Shown: positions 14,085-25,727, numbered from the whole stretch's first letter. The stretch is DNA of 63,887 nucleotides, filler included, from Octopus bimaculoides (GCF_001194135.2; 5 parts of 5 records of this genome joined end to end with filler, not necessarily neighbours in it); one strand, 5' to 3'. Numbers and translations are program-made. The notes: generated from the sequence alone by a model not told the origin.

Positions 14085-14295
14085 CTATTTCTAACATAGG
14101 CAGAAAGCCTGAAATTTGTGGCGAGGAGATAATCGATTACATTAACCCTAGTACTCAACTGGTACTTATTTTATCGATCGCGAATTGATGAAAGGAAGAG
14201 TCCACCTCAGCGGAATTTGAACTCAGAACGTAAAGTCGGAAGAAATGCTGCGAAGCATTTTTCTCGACGCGCTTACAATTCTGCCAGCTCCCCAC
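14085..14295 (-). mobile_element. SINE family B
   Basis: Matches the other family B copies. Confidence 0.85.
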
Positions 14296-14494
14296 CTTTG
14301 GAAGATGAATTATAAGGAACTTTACCCCAGAGGATTTTGCGCAGGATCTTAGCTTTTTCAGTTCAAGCATCTGTTCTATCGCCATGTAAGACCTAGATGC
14401 AGTTCAGATGTGAACGGTGCTACTTTCTGATCCATGTCACCACCCGTCATTGTTTGTTATCGTTATTGTTTGTGTAAGAGAATATAACTTTAAT

Positions 14495-14705
14495 CGGCGA
14501 GCTGGCAGAGTCGTTAGCACGCCGGGCAAAGTGCTTAGCGGCATTTCGTCCGTCTTTACGTTCTGAGTTCAAATTTCGCCGAGGTCGACTTTGCCTTTCA
14601 TTCTTACGAGATCGATAGAATAAGTATCATCGAGCACTGGGGTCGATGTAATCGACTTGCCCCACGCCAAAAATTGCTGTCCTTGCGCCAAAATTTGAAA
14701 TCACT
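14495..14705 (+). mobile_element. SINE family B, near full length
   Basis: GGCGAGCTGGCAGAGTCGTTAGCACGCCGGGC...TTCTGAGTTCAAATTTCGCCGAGGTCGACTTTGCC. Confidence 0.9.
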
Positions 14706-15393
14706 ATTCGATAACTATGTGGTGCAAACTGTTGATTGAATTGTTAACTTGTCCAGCTTTATTTAATTTTTTGCCTGTCATATGTTTCACATGTGACACA
14801 AAGAACATATCTTCTTGGCGCATATTAATACTACAGCTTAACTCCCACCTAAACAGCTTAAAATCCTAAAGAAGCTTTCGACTCTTCTCTGTTCAGTGGA
14901 TTTTTAACCCAATATTCTCCATGTTTTTATTTATAGTTTTGTTTACTTCGAGTTCCATCAGTAAACGCATTTATTCCCTATACCTTGTTGCTTATCATAT
15001 TAAATTATTCTTTTAAAAATAAATCTTCTTATAACGTTATTTTAACGTTTAGCCGTTGCATTATTGTTTCTTTTTAAAATATCATTTCATAGATATTCCA
15101 TTAGAAACAAATGAGATTATTTTGCAGTAATGTGTTACGTTTAAAACAAGGTTACTGTGTAAGAAAATGAATGAACTTAAAAAAACTACATCGGAACTAG
15201 AAATCACGCTTCTCCTGCATTGTATTAGTTTTTTTCTTGGGTAGGCACGTGCATGTATCTATGTGTGCTTGTGCTTGTGTGAGTGCACACGCATATATAC
15301 ACACAGACACAGACATGCAGACACAGACACACAGACACAGACCCCCACCACACACACAGCAGGCTGAGTAACAATTTAGCAACTGTTTGAAAC

Positions 15394-15602
15394 ATGAAAT
15401 TCTTCACAATATATTTCAACAATGCGGGAATTTTATTCATCAAAGTAAGTACCATTACGATGGACATATTTTTGTCAACGAGTTACAAGTTTGTTTGTTC
15501 CGGTAACATAAAAATCTGGAGTTCTGCAACGCACATTCAGCACCAGTTTGATCTTTGAATTCCTTCTCTCGCAGAAAAATATCAAGGTACTTGAAAAATT
15601 GG
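15394..15602 (+). CDS. Possible spliced 5' exons of an unknown gene (15394-15444; 15575 to gap)
   Basis: AACATG, 17 open codons (MKFFTIYFNNAGILFIK), donor GTAAGT, 130-nt intron, acceptor TTCCTTCTCTCGCAG, then the frame stays open (KNIKVLEKL) into an N gap. Confidence 0.3.
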
Positions 15603-16611
15603 NNNNNNNNNNNNNNNNNNNNNNNNNNNNNNNNNNNNNNNNNNNNNNNNNNNNNNNNNNNNNNNNNNNNNNNNNNNNNNNNNNNNNNNNNNNNNNNNNN
15701 NNNNNNNNNNNNNNNNNNNNNNNNNNNNNNNNNNNNNNNNNNNNNNNNNNNNNNNNNNNNNNNNNNNNNNNNNNNNNNNNNNNNNNNNNNNNNNNNNNNN
15801 NNNNNNNNNNNNNNNNNNNNNNNNNNNNNNNNNNNNNNNNNNNNNNNNNNNNNNNNNNNNNNNNNNNNNNNNNNNNNNNNNNNNNNNNNNNNNNNNNNNN
15901 NNNNNNNNNNNNNNNNNNNNNNNNNNNNNNNNNNNNNNNNGCGCAAGGTGTCTCGCAGTGGGACTGAAACTGGAGCCATGTGGTTGGAAAGTAAGCGTCT
16001 TACCACACAGCCAGGCCTGTGCCTATGTGAAAACATTAATTTTTGTGGGATGAAATGTTAGCCAAGTGCATCGTGGCTAACATATAGGAAATGGAAATTT
16101 GTGTCTATGAGAGAAGTAAGAAACTTGGTTTGCGTTTAAGTTGTAAACTGGAGTTCTAGAAAACTTTTTAGATTTGTTCAATTTAAAAAGAAAAATTCTG
16201 TATAGAGTTTCGCTAAAATTGTAGCTGGCATGTTTGGCTTGTTCACCATCCTTTTCAAATATTAAAAGAACTGGAGTTCGGTCCTCTGGCATAACACAGT
16301 TGCAATACAAGCACACACACAAACACACACATACACACACGCGCGCATTCACACAGATATACGTACTTTCACACAGCGGTTTCAGTCAACCAAATTCCAC
16401 TCATAAGATATTGGCGAAGCCAAAGTTATACTAGAAGACACATGGCCAAGGTACCTTGGCTGTCCAGGGCCTAGGTGTCTTGGTTGCTCACAACTCTGGT
16501 GAAGAGTCAAGAGTGAATCTTACAGTAAACTGTGAATTCCGCGCACAAAACCTCGAGAAGATTATCAACTTTTGATGATATAATCTATGATAATATATTT
16601 ATCAATTGAGT

Positions 16612-16780
16612 GACAAGGGAACAGAAGTTACGCAATCGACTCATTAGCTTACAGCTATTACTGCTACAAAAATTGGTACGCTCTGAGATGGGTGGTAGTG
16701 CTTCATCTCATGACTTCCACGGAGCTTTTAAAGCCTGTAAGTCGATGAAGTTGATAACGTAACTTCTGTTCATTTGTCGT
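16612..16780. repeat. Small MITE-like inverted repeat (~45-bp arms, ~75-bp spacer)
   Basis: TGACAAGGGAACAGAAGTTACGCAATCGAC...CTTACAGC is the reverse complement of GCCTGTAAG...ATAACGTAACTTCTGTTCATTTGTCG. Confidence 0.7.
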
Positions 16781-16879
16781 TAAAGTAATTCATATTATGA
16801 TCTGTACTCGGTTAACTCTTTATACCGAAGCTTTCGTATATTGAGTTCTAAGAGCAGGTTTTTAGTATTGCTAAACTTA

Positions 16880-16958
16880 AGCGAAATAAAAATAGAGCGT
16901 CTACAAAAATCAGCGCTGCTTGGAAGTGCAAGAATTTTGCATGGTTCTTGAAGCATGA
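16880..16958 (+). mobile_element. C-terminal remnant of an R4/Dong-like (RLE) non-LTR retrotransposon
   Basis: Translation EIKIERLQKSALLGSARIL resembles the conserved LQKxALLGTARIL terminus of R4/Dong ORFs. Confidence 0.6.
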
Positions 16959-17066
16959 CCAGTAGACAAATGCCACCTTCGTATACCAACCGTGGACAGC
17001 TGACGCTTTTCATCATACCCAGCAATATAAGCTGAGAGCTGCTTTTTTTTTTTTTATCAAATAATA

Positions 17067-17415
17067 ACTAGCGGGACCCGTGAATGTTTCACGGAATTAA
17101 TGGTGAATCTATTGGGTTATTTTTAAAAGCTTTATTCAAAAAAACCTTAAAGTGTTACCTGTGTTGTGTCAGTATCAAAAGATAGTCGCTCATCTGCTAT
17201 TCACTGAAAAGTGAAAGAAATTGGAATACGATGATTACTTAATGAACTTTATATATTTGATGCACAATTTTATGAACTTAATACACAATACTCATAAAAT
17301 AAATATTCACTCTTATTTCCCCATAAAACAGACTATCCCGTCCATATGTTGCAACTTTTAGTTAAATTGCATATATCCGCTACTTAAATAAGCGTGAATA
17401 TTTCACGGAATTGCG
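17067..17415 (+). mobile_element. Possible Helitron/DINE-like element with two copies of a short palindrome
   Basis: Starts ACTAGCGGGACCCGTGAATGTTTCACGG. The CGTGAA-N3-TTCACG palindrome plus GAATT recurs about 314 bp later. Confidence 0.35.
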
Positions 17416-17867
17416 CTTATGCGCATGCCTTAAATGATATGTGATATAAAAGAAAACTTAGTTCAATTAAAAAAAATACACTTTCCACGATCCAATCACC
17501 ACCCCCACCGCTACCACCACTCCCATCATCATCATCATCATCATCATCATCGTCATCATCATCATCTCTCTCTCTCTTTCTCTCCCTCTCTCTCTGCCTT
17601 TCTTTAACCTCACCATCAGAACATCATCCCTCTACTAAAATTATATTTTTAACTCTCCTCCTCAATATCATCATTACCTTCAACTAACTTTTTAAAATCG
17701 TGTAGTAAATATTACGTTCCCCCTCCTCACGTCATAGACACTTCTCTCTCCCTCTTTCTGTCTCACTCTTCACCTTTTTTCTCTCCTTTTTATTTCTCCT
17801 CTCTTTCCCTTCAACTAATCACGTGAAAGCGTCACAATTACATTCACTCTACCTCACGTCACAGATG

Positions 17868-17912
<45 letters not shown>

Positions 17913-18012
17913 NNNNNNNNNNNNNNNNNNNNNNNNNNNNNNNNNNNNNNNNNNNNTTAATTAATTAANNNNNNNNNNNNNNNNNNNNNNNNNNNNNNNN
18001 NNNNNNNNNNNN
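17913..18012. other. Artificial 100-bp scaffold join (44N+TTAATTAATTAA+44N)
   Basis: Six-frame-stop linker at 17957-17968; identical constructs at 33647-33746, 58399-58498 and 62655-62754. Confidence 0.95.
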
Positions 18013-18045
<33 letters not shown>

Positions 18046-18216
18046 ACATATTTATATATATAGGCGCGCGTGCACGCACACACTCACACACACGCACACG
18101 CACATACACACGCATACACCTTCATACGAACGGACACATACACACAAAGTGTTCGGAAAAGATATTGTATGTTAACAATGAGTGGACTTCATCCTATATC
18201 TGTCGGCCTTTTCTTC

Positions 18217-18260
18217 TGACATCATATAAGACATGTGACCTAACACACTACGTCACAAAC
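18217..18260 (+). promoter_or_regulatory. Putative composite CRE-like + E-box promoter block of orphan gene 1
   Basis: TGACATCA-N7-CATGTGACC-TAACACACTACGTCAC; a homologous block with identical spacing lies upstream of the paralog (21263-21308). Confidence 0.55.
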
Positions 18261-18496
18261 CAACGACTGAGCGTTTCATGGCCGCTCGGCCTGCTAGAAA
18301 TAGCAACCAAATCGTTTTCAGATCACCCTCTACTGTCCCATGTAGAGGACACATTTCATAATGAAGTCGTAGACACCCTTTAAAAACAGGTTGATCCTGG
18401 TTTTAAATTTGATCCTGGCTTTAATCAGATTTTGATCTGTGACTAACCTATAATATACAGAAAAGATCTTGGGCCGTCAGATATCACTATTTGGCA

Positions 18497-18919
18497 ATGG
18501 AAAACGATGAGACTCTTCGAACTTACATGGTTTCTTTGTATTTGCCTTATCTAAGAGACAGATCCACGGATCCGAGCGCTAAACGAGTAAATACGGCCAG
18601 TGCCGGTCCTGCGCGGAATCGCCCGAAAGCTCTGAAACGAATAAAGACAACTTTTAAGAGAACGGGCAGAAGACTTCGCAAACACTTTTCGCGTTTAACA
18701 TCGAGGTCATCCAGTGTCCCCACCTTCAGCAGGCAAACGTCAAGCAAAGAGCAAATTGAAACAAACCAAGGAAGTGAGGAATCTTCAACAGCATCAAAAG
18801 CTCTTTCTGAGGTAGTTAAAGATATTTGTGATTTGAAACTGGAGACATTAGAGGGCGATAAACATATAATTCCGGTGGTACAAGACACCGAGAAAACTTC
18901 AAAATCTCAGATGAATTAG
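18497..18919 (+). CDS. Orphan basic protein 1 (140 aa) with an Arg/Lys-rich amphipathic segment
   Basis: Uninterrupted non-repetitive ORF with Kozak-like GCAATGG. It aligns without gaps to the 21342 ORF (24/63 identities, synonymous third-position changes). A possible acceptor (CTAAC...TACAG) ends at 18460. Confidence 0.7.
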   Translation: MENDETLRTYMVSLYLPYLRDRSTDPSAKRVNTASAGPARNRPKALKRIKTTFKRTGRRLRKHFSRLTSRSSSVPTFSRQTSSKEQIETNQGSEESSTASKALSEVVKDICDLKLETLEGDKHIIPVVQDTEKTSKSQMN

Positions 18920-19494
18920 CACTGAACAGATTTGGTGAAATATCGTTATGTGATGATACAATTATCAAATAACAATTAAGTTATATAAACTTTTGATAAA
19001 TGATAATTTGATTTGAATTTAAATGAGTTTTTACCTTTTATGGTACCTTCCTTTTGTAAACTTTTTCATACGAAAAATGAAAAAAATTTCACATTTCGGT
19101 ATACACGCTGGTATATTTTATAGCAGTGTACATTTGGCAACCACGAGATATCGAGTTCAGCCTCTTTGAGCGGCACCTTGGGCAAGTGTCTTTTTCTCTA
19201 TCTCCTCCGCTCCCCGTTTCTCTCCCCTCTCTCTCTTTCCAATTGTCACATCCCGGATGTGCTGCCAGGTTAAGTTGAGGGTGCTGAAGAGTGTCTATGT
19301 CTATTCGTGACTACACAGGCACCTAAAACAATTAGCGAAAGTATGTTACATTTTACATGCCGTACTTACTTGCAAATGACGGTTGTCTGAATTGTACTTT
19401 ATCGGGGTGAGGTATAGACGCTGTTATTATCTCCATATAATAATAATAATAATAATAATAATAAGGATTTCATCTATTTGCCACAAGGGCGAAA

Positions 19495-19726
19495 TCCTTT
19501 CTACTATAGGCACAAGGCCTGAAATTTTGGAGATGGGAACTGGTCGATTACATCGACACCAGTGTTTAACTGGTACTTAACTTATCGACCCCGAAAGGAT
19601 GAAAGGCAAAGTCGACTTCGGTAGAATTTGAACTCAGAACGTAGCAACGGACGAAAAACCGCTAAGCATTTCGACCGTCGCGCTAACGATTCTGCCAGTT
19701 TCTCAGTAATAATAATAATAATAATA

Positions 19727-19780
<54 letters not shown>

Positions 19781-19785
19781 GTTGC

Positions 19786-19837
<52 letters not shown>

Positions 19838-19965
19838 ATTACTATTATACTTATAATAATCCTTTCTACAATAGACACAAAGCCTAACATATTAGGGGAG
19901 GGGACTAGTCGATTACATCGAGCCTAGTGTTTCACTGGTACTTATTCCATCGACCCCCATCGTCG
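19495..19965 (-). mobile_element. Two tandem SINE B copies separated by a compound (AAT)(ATT)(GTT) microsatellite
   Basis: Family B matches at 19495-19705 and 19855-19965. Confidence 0.85.
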
Positions 19966-19967
19966 AC

Positions 19968-20633
19968 CCATCACCTCCCCAAACAGCCGCACACATCTGC
20001 ACACATCTGCTCAGAACTGAGTAGCACACGCCCGTCCTGATTCGTCAAAGACTTGATCATAGTTTTGTTTCCACGTTGCTTCTTAACCGTTCGGGCCCAT
20101 CGGACGGCTTTAGTTACTTCGTGTTTTAGTGCACGGTCCTTAGCTCTGACAACGCAACCTTCGAGTTTCGCCTCAAAGAAATGGTCAAGGGCCATTCTCG
20201 TCGCTAACACGTCGGTCGGGGTGCCTTTATTAATAGCTTCTTCTAGTTTGCTAACTAGTTTTCCCTCTAATCTATTTCTTTCTATTGCTAAATCTTATCA
20301 ATTCTACTTTAACCGCTCTCTTCAGAGCGAACCACCACCGGCTGTTGATAGCCCCTGTCAACTTTCTTTCTGCCCTTTTCTGGGTAAGACAGGCCCTCGT
20401 CAACTGCCGCTTAACTAGTTCGCTTATCCGGTCCCTGTAGCCTTTGCGAGCCGGTAAGGACGCATTCAACCTCCAGTAACCGGGTCCCAGTCTACGGGTC
20501 CTATCTAAATCGACTGTGCATATCACAAATTTGTGATCTGTGTAGCGGATCAATTTAAATTGGAGGTCAACCTAAGCTATCCGTATCCCAGACCTAACAA
20601 ATATTCTATCTAAATACGATCTAGATGACCCAC
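19968..20633 (-). mobile_element. Tx1/L1-like LINE ORF2 fragment (end of APE endonuclease plus linker), frameshifted
   Basis: Translates SRSYLDRIFV...RYTDH...GPGYWRLNASL...RWWFALK...EGCVVRA. These match the APE C-terminal motifs and the GxGYWKLN linker motif of L1/Tx1 elements. Confidence 0.85.
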
Positions 20634-21040
20634 TGTTAACTAACGGGGCATATTATGCTTCTCTGCTGCAGAAATTGCCTGATGCTATCAAAGCAGAGAG
20701 GCGTGGCATGCTGACCAATGGAGTCGGCCTCCTCCAAGACAACGCCCCGGTTCACAATGCGCATGTTGCCCAGATGAAAGTACACTCCTGCGGCTATAAA
20801 ATCCTTCCTCATTTCACTTACTCTCCTGACCTCATACCACCTGACCTCCACCTCTTTCCAACCCTTAAGTCTTTTTTTTTTTTTTGAAGGGGAAGCACTT
20901 TTGGATGATGATGAACTTATTTCCGAAGTAAAGTTTTGGCTCCAGACGCAACCTACAGACCTCTATAGGCGAGGTCTTCACTGCTGCATAAATCAATGAG
21001 AGAAGCGTGTCAGAGGAAATCTTTAATGAGCACACCTCGT
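20634..21040 (+). mobile_element. Mariner (DD34D) transposase 3' fragment with 3' TIR
   Basis: YYASLLQKL...LLQDNAPVH...YSPDLIPPDLHLFP with exactly 34 residues between the aspartates; ends TAATGAGCACACCTCGTA. Confidence 0.9.
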
Positions 21041-21042
21041 AC

Positions 21043-21075
<33 letters not shown>

Positions 21076-21262
21076 TGTATGTATGTATGTATGTGTGTGT
21101 GTATGTATGTATGTATATACATGCATACATACAATCCTACATACATACACATAGATGCTCACATACACACATATATACACACACCTACACACACGCATGC
21201 AACGATGGAAAAGTTCTAATGAATAAGAAGACTTGCAAGAAAATGATACTGTAGCGCTCTGA

Positions 21263-21308
21263 TGATGTCACATTAGCCACGTGACCAAAACATACTACAT
21301 CACAGAAA
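21263..21308 (+). promoter_or_regulatory. Putative composite CRE-like + E-box promoter block of orphan gene 2
   Basis: TGATGTCA-N7-CACGTGACC-AAAACATACTACATCAC; homologous to 18217-18260. Confidence 0.55.
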
Positions 21309-21341
21309 CTCGAAACAATCAGACATTTGTTTGTTGACAAC

Positions 21342-21611
21342 ATGGATCGAGCTGACAAAATGGTTTTGTATTTACCTGACCATATCGATAAGATTACCTC
21401 AAATAACACAATCCCAGTTCTTATTGCCTTTATGATTCCGCAGTGGGAACAGCCGAAATTTTCGAATCCGATCCGAATAGGTTTGAAGAAAGCGGGGAAG
21501 AAGCTTCGGCGATTTTTTTCGCGTGCAATATTAAGGTCGTCTCGTGTTAAGACTCTGAAGAAACATGCTATACGGGAACAAGAAGTGGAAACTTTTACCT
21601 GCTTAGTTTAA
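21342..21611 (+). CDS. Orphan basic protein 2 (89 aa), paralog of the 18497 ORF
   Basis: Kozak-like AACATGG; carries LYLP and IRIGLKKAGKKLRRFFSRAILRSSRVKT, collinear with ORF 18497; AATAAA at 21749-21754. Confidence 0.65.
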   Translation: MDRADKMVLYLPDHIDKITSNNTIPVLIAFMIPQWEQPKFSNPIRIGLKKAGKKLRRFFSRAILRSSRVKTLKKHAIREQEVETFTCLV

Positions 21612-22217
21612 TATGAAAGTTTTTTTCTTAAAATGACAGTAAAGAAATACTCCAAATATATTTATAGCTGCAGTTTGATGGCGCAAAGATTTTACGTCTG
21701 TTGTCAACCTTTTTATCAGCAGGAATGTAAAAATGATATTGTTATCAAAATAAATTCGAAATATCATTATGGAGATAAAAGAGACACGCGTGAATTCCTG
21801 GACTAAAAACACCCAAAACAAACAAAGACATTTAAAGGACAAACGTATACGCACGCATACGCACGCATACGCACGCACACAAAACATATAAAAGGACTTT
21901 AAAATAGCACAAACAGATACCACAAAAAAAAAAGATATTTCTAATAATCATATTAAGATTTCTTTATTTCATAATTTGAAAACATGTAAAATACTATAAC
22001 CATTAAAAAAAAAAAAAAAGAATGCTGTTTAAAAAAAATTACAATAAACATCTGTAAGGTAAATTTTAAATTACCTTTTGAAAATTGCAATACAATGTTT
22101 GTTAGAAGGAAAGGCACTTAGTACATTATGGTACATTTATACCAGCTGAAGCCAAAAATCAATAGGTCGTGTAATGGATTCTATTAACAAGGTTTTAAAA
22201 AAAATAAACACTTGTAC

Positions 22218-22250
<33 letters not shown>

Positions 22251-23085
22251 GGGAAATGGGTTGTTTTTGGCGCTCATGCCTTTCCAATAGATATTAGCAA
22301 TNNNNNNNNNNNNNNNNNNNNNNNNNNNNNNNNNNNNNNNNNNNNNNNNNNNNNNNNNNNNNNNNNNNNNNNNNNNNNNNNNNNNNNNNNNNNNNNNNNN
22401 NNNNNNNNNNNNNNNNNNNNNNNNNNNNNNNNNNNNNNNNNNNNNNNNNNNNNNNNNNNNNNNNNNNNNNNNNNNNNNNNNNNNNNNNNNNNNNNNNNNN
22501 NNNNNNNNNNNNNNNNNNNNNNNNNNNNNNNNNNNNNNNNNNNNNNNNNNNNNNNNNNNNNNNNNNNNNNNNNNNNNNNNNNNNNNNNNNNNNNNNNNNN
22601 NNNNNNNNNNNNNNNNNNNNNNNNNNNNNNNNNNNNNNNNNNNNNNNNNNNNNNNNNNNNNNNNNNNNNNNNNNNNNNNNNNNNNNNNNNNNNNNNNNNN
22701 NNNNNNNNNNNNNNNNNNNNNNNNNNNNNNNNNNNNNNNNNNNNNNNNNNNNNNNNNNNNNNNNNNNNNNNNNNNNNNNNNNNNNNNNNNNNNNNNNNNN
22801 NNNNNNNNNNNNNNNNNNNNNNNNNNNNNNNNNNNNNNNNNNNNNNNNNNNNNNNNNNNNNNNNNNNNNNNNNNNNNNNNNNNNNNNNNNNNNNNNNNNN
22901 NNNNNNNNNNNNNNNNNNNNNNNNNNNNNNNNNNNNNNNNNNNNNNNNNNNNNNNNNNNNNNNNNNNNNNNNNNNNNNNNNNNNNNNNNNNNNNCAACAT
23001 TTATAAATATAGTCTTTTATGTAAATCTATTGATTAATGAATTAATTACTTAATTAAAACGACAACTAACAGAACCAACAGAATT

Positions 23086-23140
<55 letters not shown>

Positions 23141-23406
23141 CGTGGTAAATATCTGATTCGAAGCTAATTGTATGAAAAAGATGGATACGTGGAAACACTG
23201 CGTAAAAATGAGCGCCATCTTTAATTATTTTTCTTTTTTAGAAAAAAAATAACAAATTCCAGATTTTCTTAAAACATTTCTGAATGCGTCTAAATGAAAA
23301 TTAAATAGTCTATGATGAATTTGTCATTCTAAGACATTTTTCAAATTAAAAGATGGGATTCAGTTTCGATTCCCACTAAGTGACAAATAAAACGAAAATG
23401 CCATTA

Positions 23407-23467
<61 letters not shown>

Positions 23468-24296
23468 CATTATTATTATTATTACTACTACTACTATTAC
23501 TTCTACTACTGCTACTGTTATTCTGTGCCTCTGAATGAAAGTTTCAATTAGTTACATGGAACTGATACATTTTTCCATTGTTTCGGTGTAAGAACCAANN
23601 NNNNNNNNNNNNNNNNNNNNNNNNNNNNNNNNNNNNNNNNNNNNNNNNNNNNNNNNNNNNNNNNNNNNNNNNNNNNNNNNNNNNNNNNNNNNNNNNNNNN
23701 NNNNNNNNNNNNNNNNNNNNNNNNNNNNNNNNNNNNNNNNNNNNNNNNNNNNNNNNNNNNNNNNNNNNNNNNNNNNNNNNNNNNNNNNNNNNNNNNNNNN
23801 NNNNNNNNNNNNNNNNNNNNNNNNNNNNNNNNNNNNNNNNNNNTATATATGTCATTTACTTTATAAAAGTTATATGATATTTAGAGGAATAGCTTCTTTA
23901 AGGTGAGTGCTGCTACGAAAGTGCCACAGATCACACTGCTGTGAGCAACAACGATGTTGGATCCATCTGGAAAGAAAGTTAAATACAATATCATTTAATA
24001 TAGCAGTAATAGTAAATATATAGATATGTTTATATATGTATATATATATATATGTGTGTGTGTGTGTATTTCATCTAATGACGTAATTAGTAGGTATGTA
24101 CCATAAGTGCATGGAAATCTTTGTTCAATAACGTGTACTTCATATAGTCAGCTATTCTAGAAACAGCTGTAAGACATTTTATGCAATATTTCTTAATCTC
24201 TTATCTACTCCAATTACTCTGCAATTATGTTTGAATTATAAACAATATGCTTTATAGTGATATCACATGTTTTGCTCGTCCCTTCTCCCTTTCTAA

Positions 24297-24337
<41 letters not shown>

Positions 24338-25548
24338 ACTCACACACACATACATACATATATAGGACACTCAATGACTTCATAAAATAAATAATATAGC
24401 AATGGTTATGTCATGCTGACGATTTTTGAAAAGAGTGAAATAGTGCTAAACATGATTGACGCTGACTAGAAGGGAATTTTACAAACTTTATAATAAACAA
24501 CAAAAAAGCATATATTCTATTCTATGCATTCTATGCATCTTTTACTTTATTGCTTAAATTAAAACCGCTACCAATGAAGAAATAATTGGCCCTATTGTAT
24601 TAACTGAATGCCAAGGGACTCCATATGTGTGTGCCTGTGTGCGCGCGCGCGTGTGCCAGCTACTTACTTGGTAGCAAGGTTCTGAAGGAAAGCATCTTGT
24701 TTTGCTCACCAAAGGTCTTGCAGGGTTTTATACTCCCAAATACTGCGATCATTTGTAGTGAATGAATTAAGGGTTTGCGCTTTGTCCCCATACTTAGTTC
24801 CATGTATGTATCTATGTATGTATCTCATTATTCAGTCAGGTTTCAAAATTTTTTCTCAATACAAAAAGAGCCAGTTTCTAGCCTAGATCCAAGGTTCCTT
24901 CGTTTGAATTCCAACAACATCAACAGAGTATATTTGCATGTATGTGTGTATATGTACAGTGTTAGGAGTGAGTGCCTGTACAGATGTGTATGCTTTGTTT
25001 CATGTATGTTTTCTCATGCATATAGCTGCAGGTCTAGACAAACGCACATATACTTAAATGATAAACTTCTGGAAAGTTTTACAATCTTTTACAGTTTTAG
25101 TGATCGCTTGGGAGTGTAGTCTACTCTGATCCGGAGTATTAGCAACTGTCAGGGTCTCAACTATGGGTTAATTTGTATACTATAGAAGGAACTTCAAGCA
25201 AAACCCTGACTGCCTTGTTAGTGCTTTGGGAAAGAAAGAGACAAGGAGAGTCAACTTCGATTGCAAATCAAAGAGCGAAGTCCTTCAGATGATCCGATGC
25301 CTTCTTTGACACCTTTCCGACAAGTCCTGGGTAAGTGGGGCTCTCTAGTCCAGTAAGACAACTCACATAAGAGAAGGCCATATCAGTGTAAAATACACAG
25401 CTTGCTGGTCACTGCGGCCGTCATAGCTCGCTGGCCACTGTGATCAGATTCTTAGTCTAAAGAGTGGGTTCGAAATGCACGGACTGACTATCACTTTAAA
25501 CTACTGCGCGCAGGCAGGAAAAAAAGCCCTGTAGCTGCAATCATCAGT

Positions 25549-25604
25549 TCACAGAGTCACGTGAGTGCATGCAGCTATTTCCTCATAATCTTCAGATACG
25601 TCAT
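25549..25604 (-). CDS. Candidate last exon of the six-Cys secreted-protein gene
   Basis: Acceptor CTCTATGTTGCAG, 123-nt intron from the previous exon, phase-compatible; encodes (N)DVSEDYEEIAACTHVTL*. An alternative is read-through of the previous exon to the stop at 25684. Confidence 0.4.
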
Positions 25605-25727
25605 CTGCAACATAGAGTATCAAATGAAATAGTTTGAAAGAGTCGTCTAACTTCATTAGCAGACGTTAACTTTATCTAACTCTTCAATCTGCGAAGAATT
25701 TGGTTATTATTGCATTGGAATACTCAC

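Noticed and set aside
17957-17968. TTAATTAATTAA as a biological element (homeobox site or piggyBac target)
   Set aside because: It is always centred in exactly 88 Ns, so it is an artificial linker.
21301-21341. CACAG at 21301-21305 as a splice acceptor 36 nt before the ATG, mirroring the 36-nt distance in ORF 18497
   Set aside because: This word lies inside the upstream block homologous to CACAA at ~18254, and the ATGs are not collinear, so the equal distance is probably coincidence.
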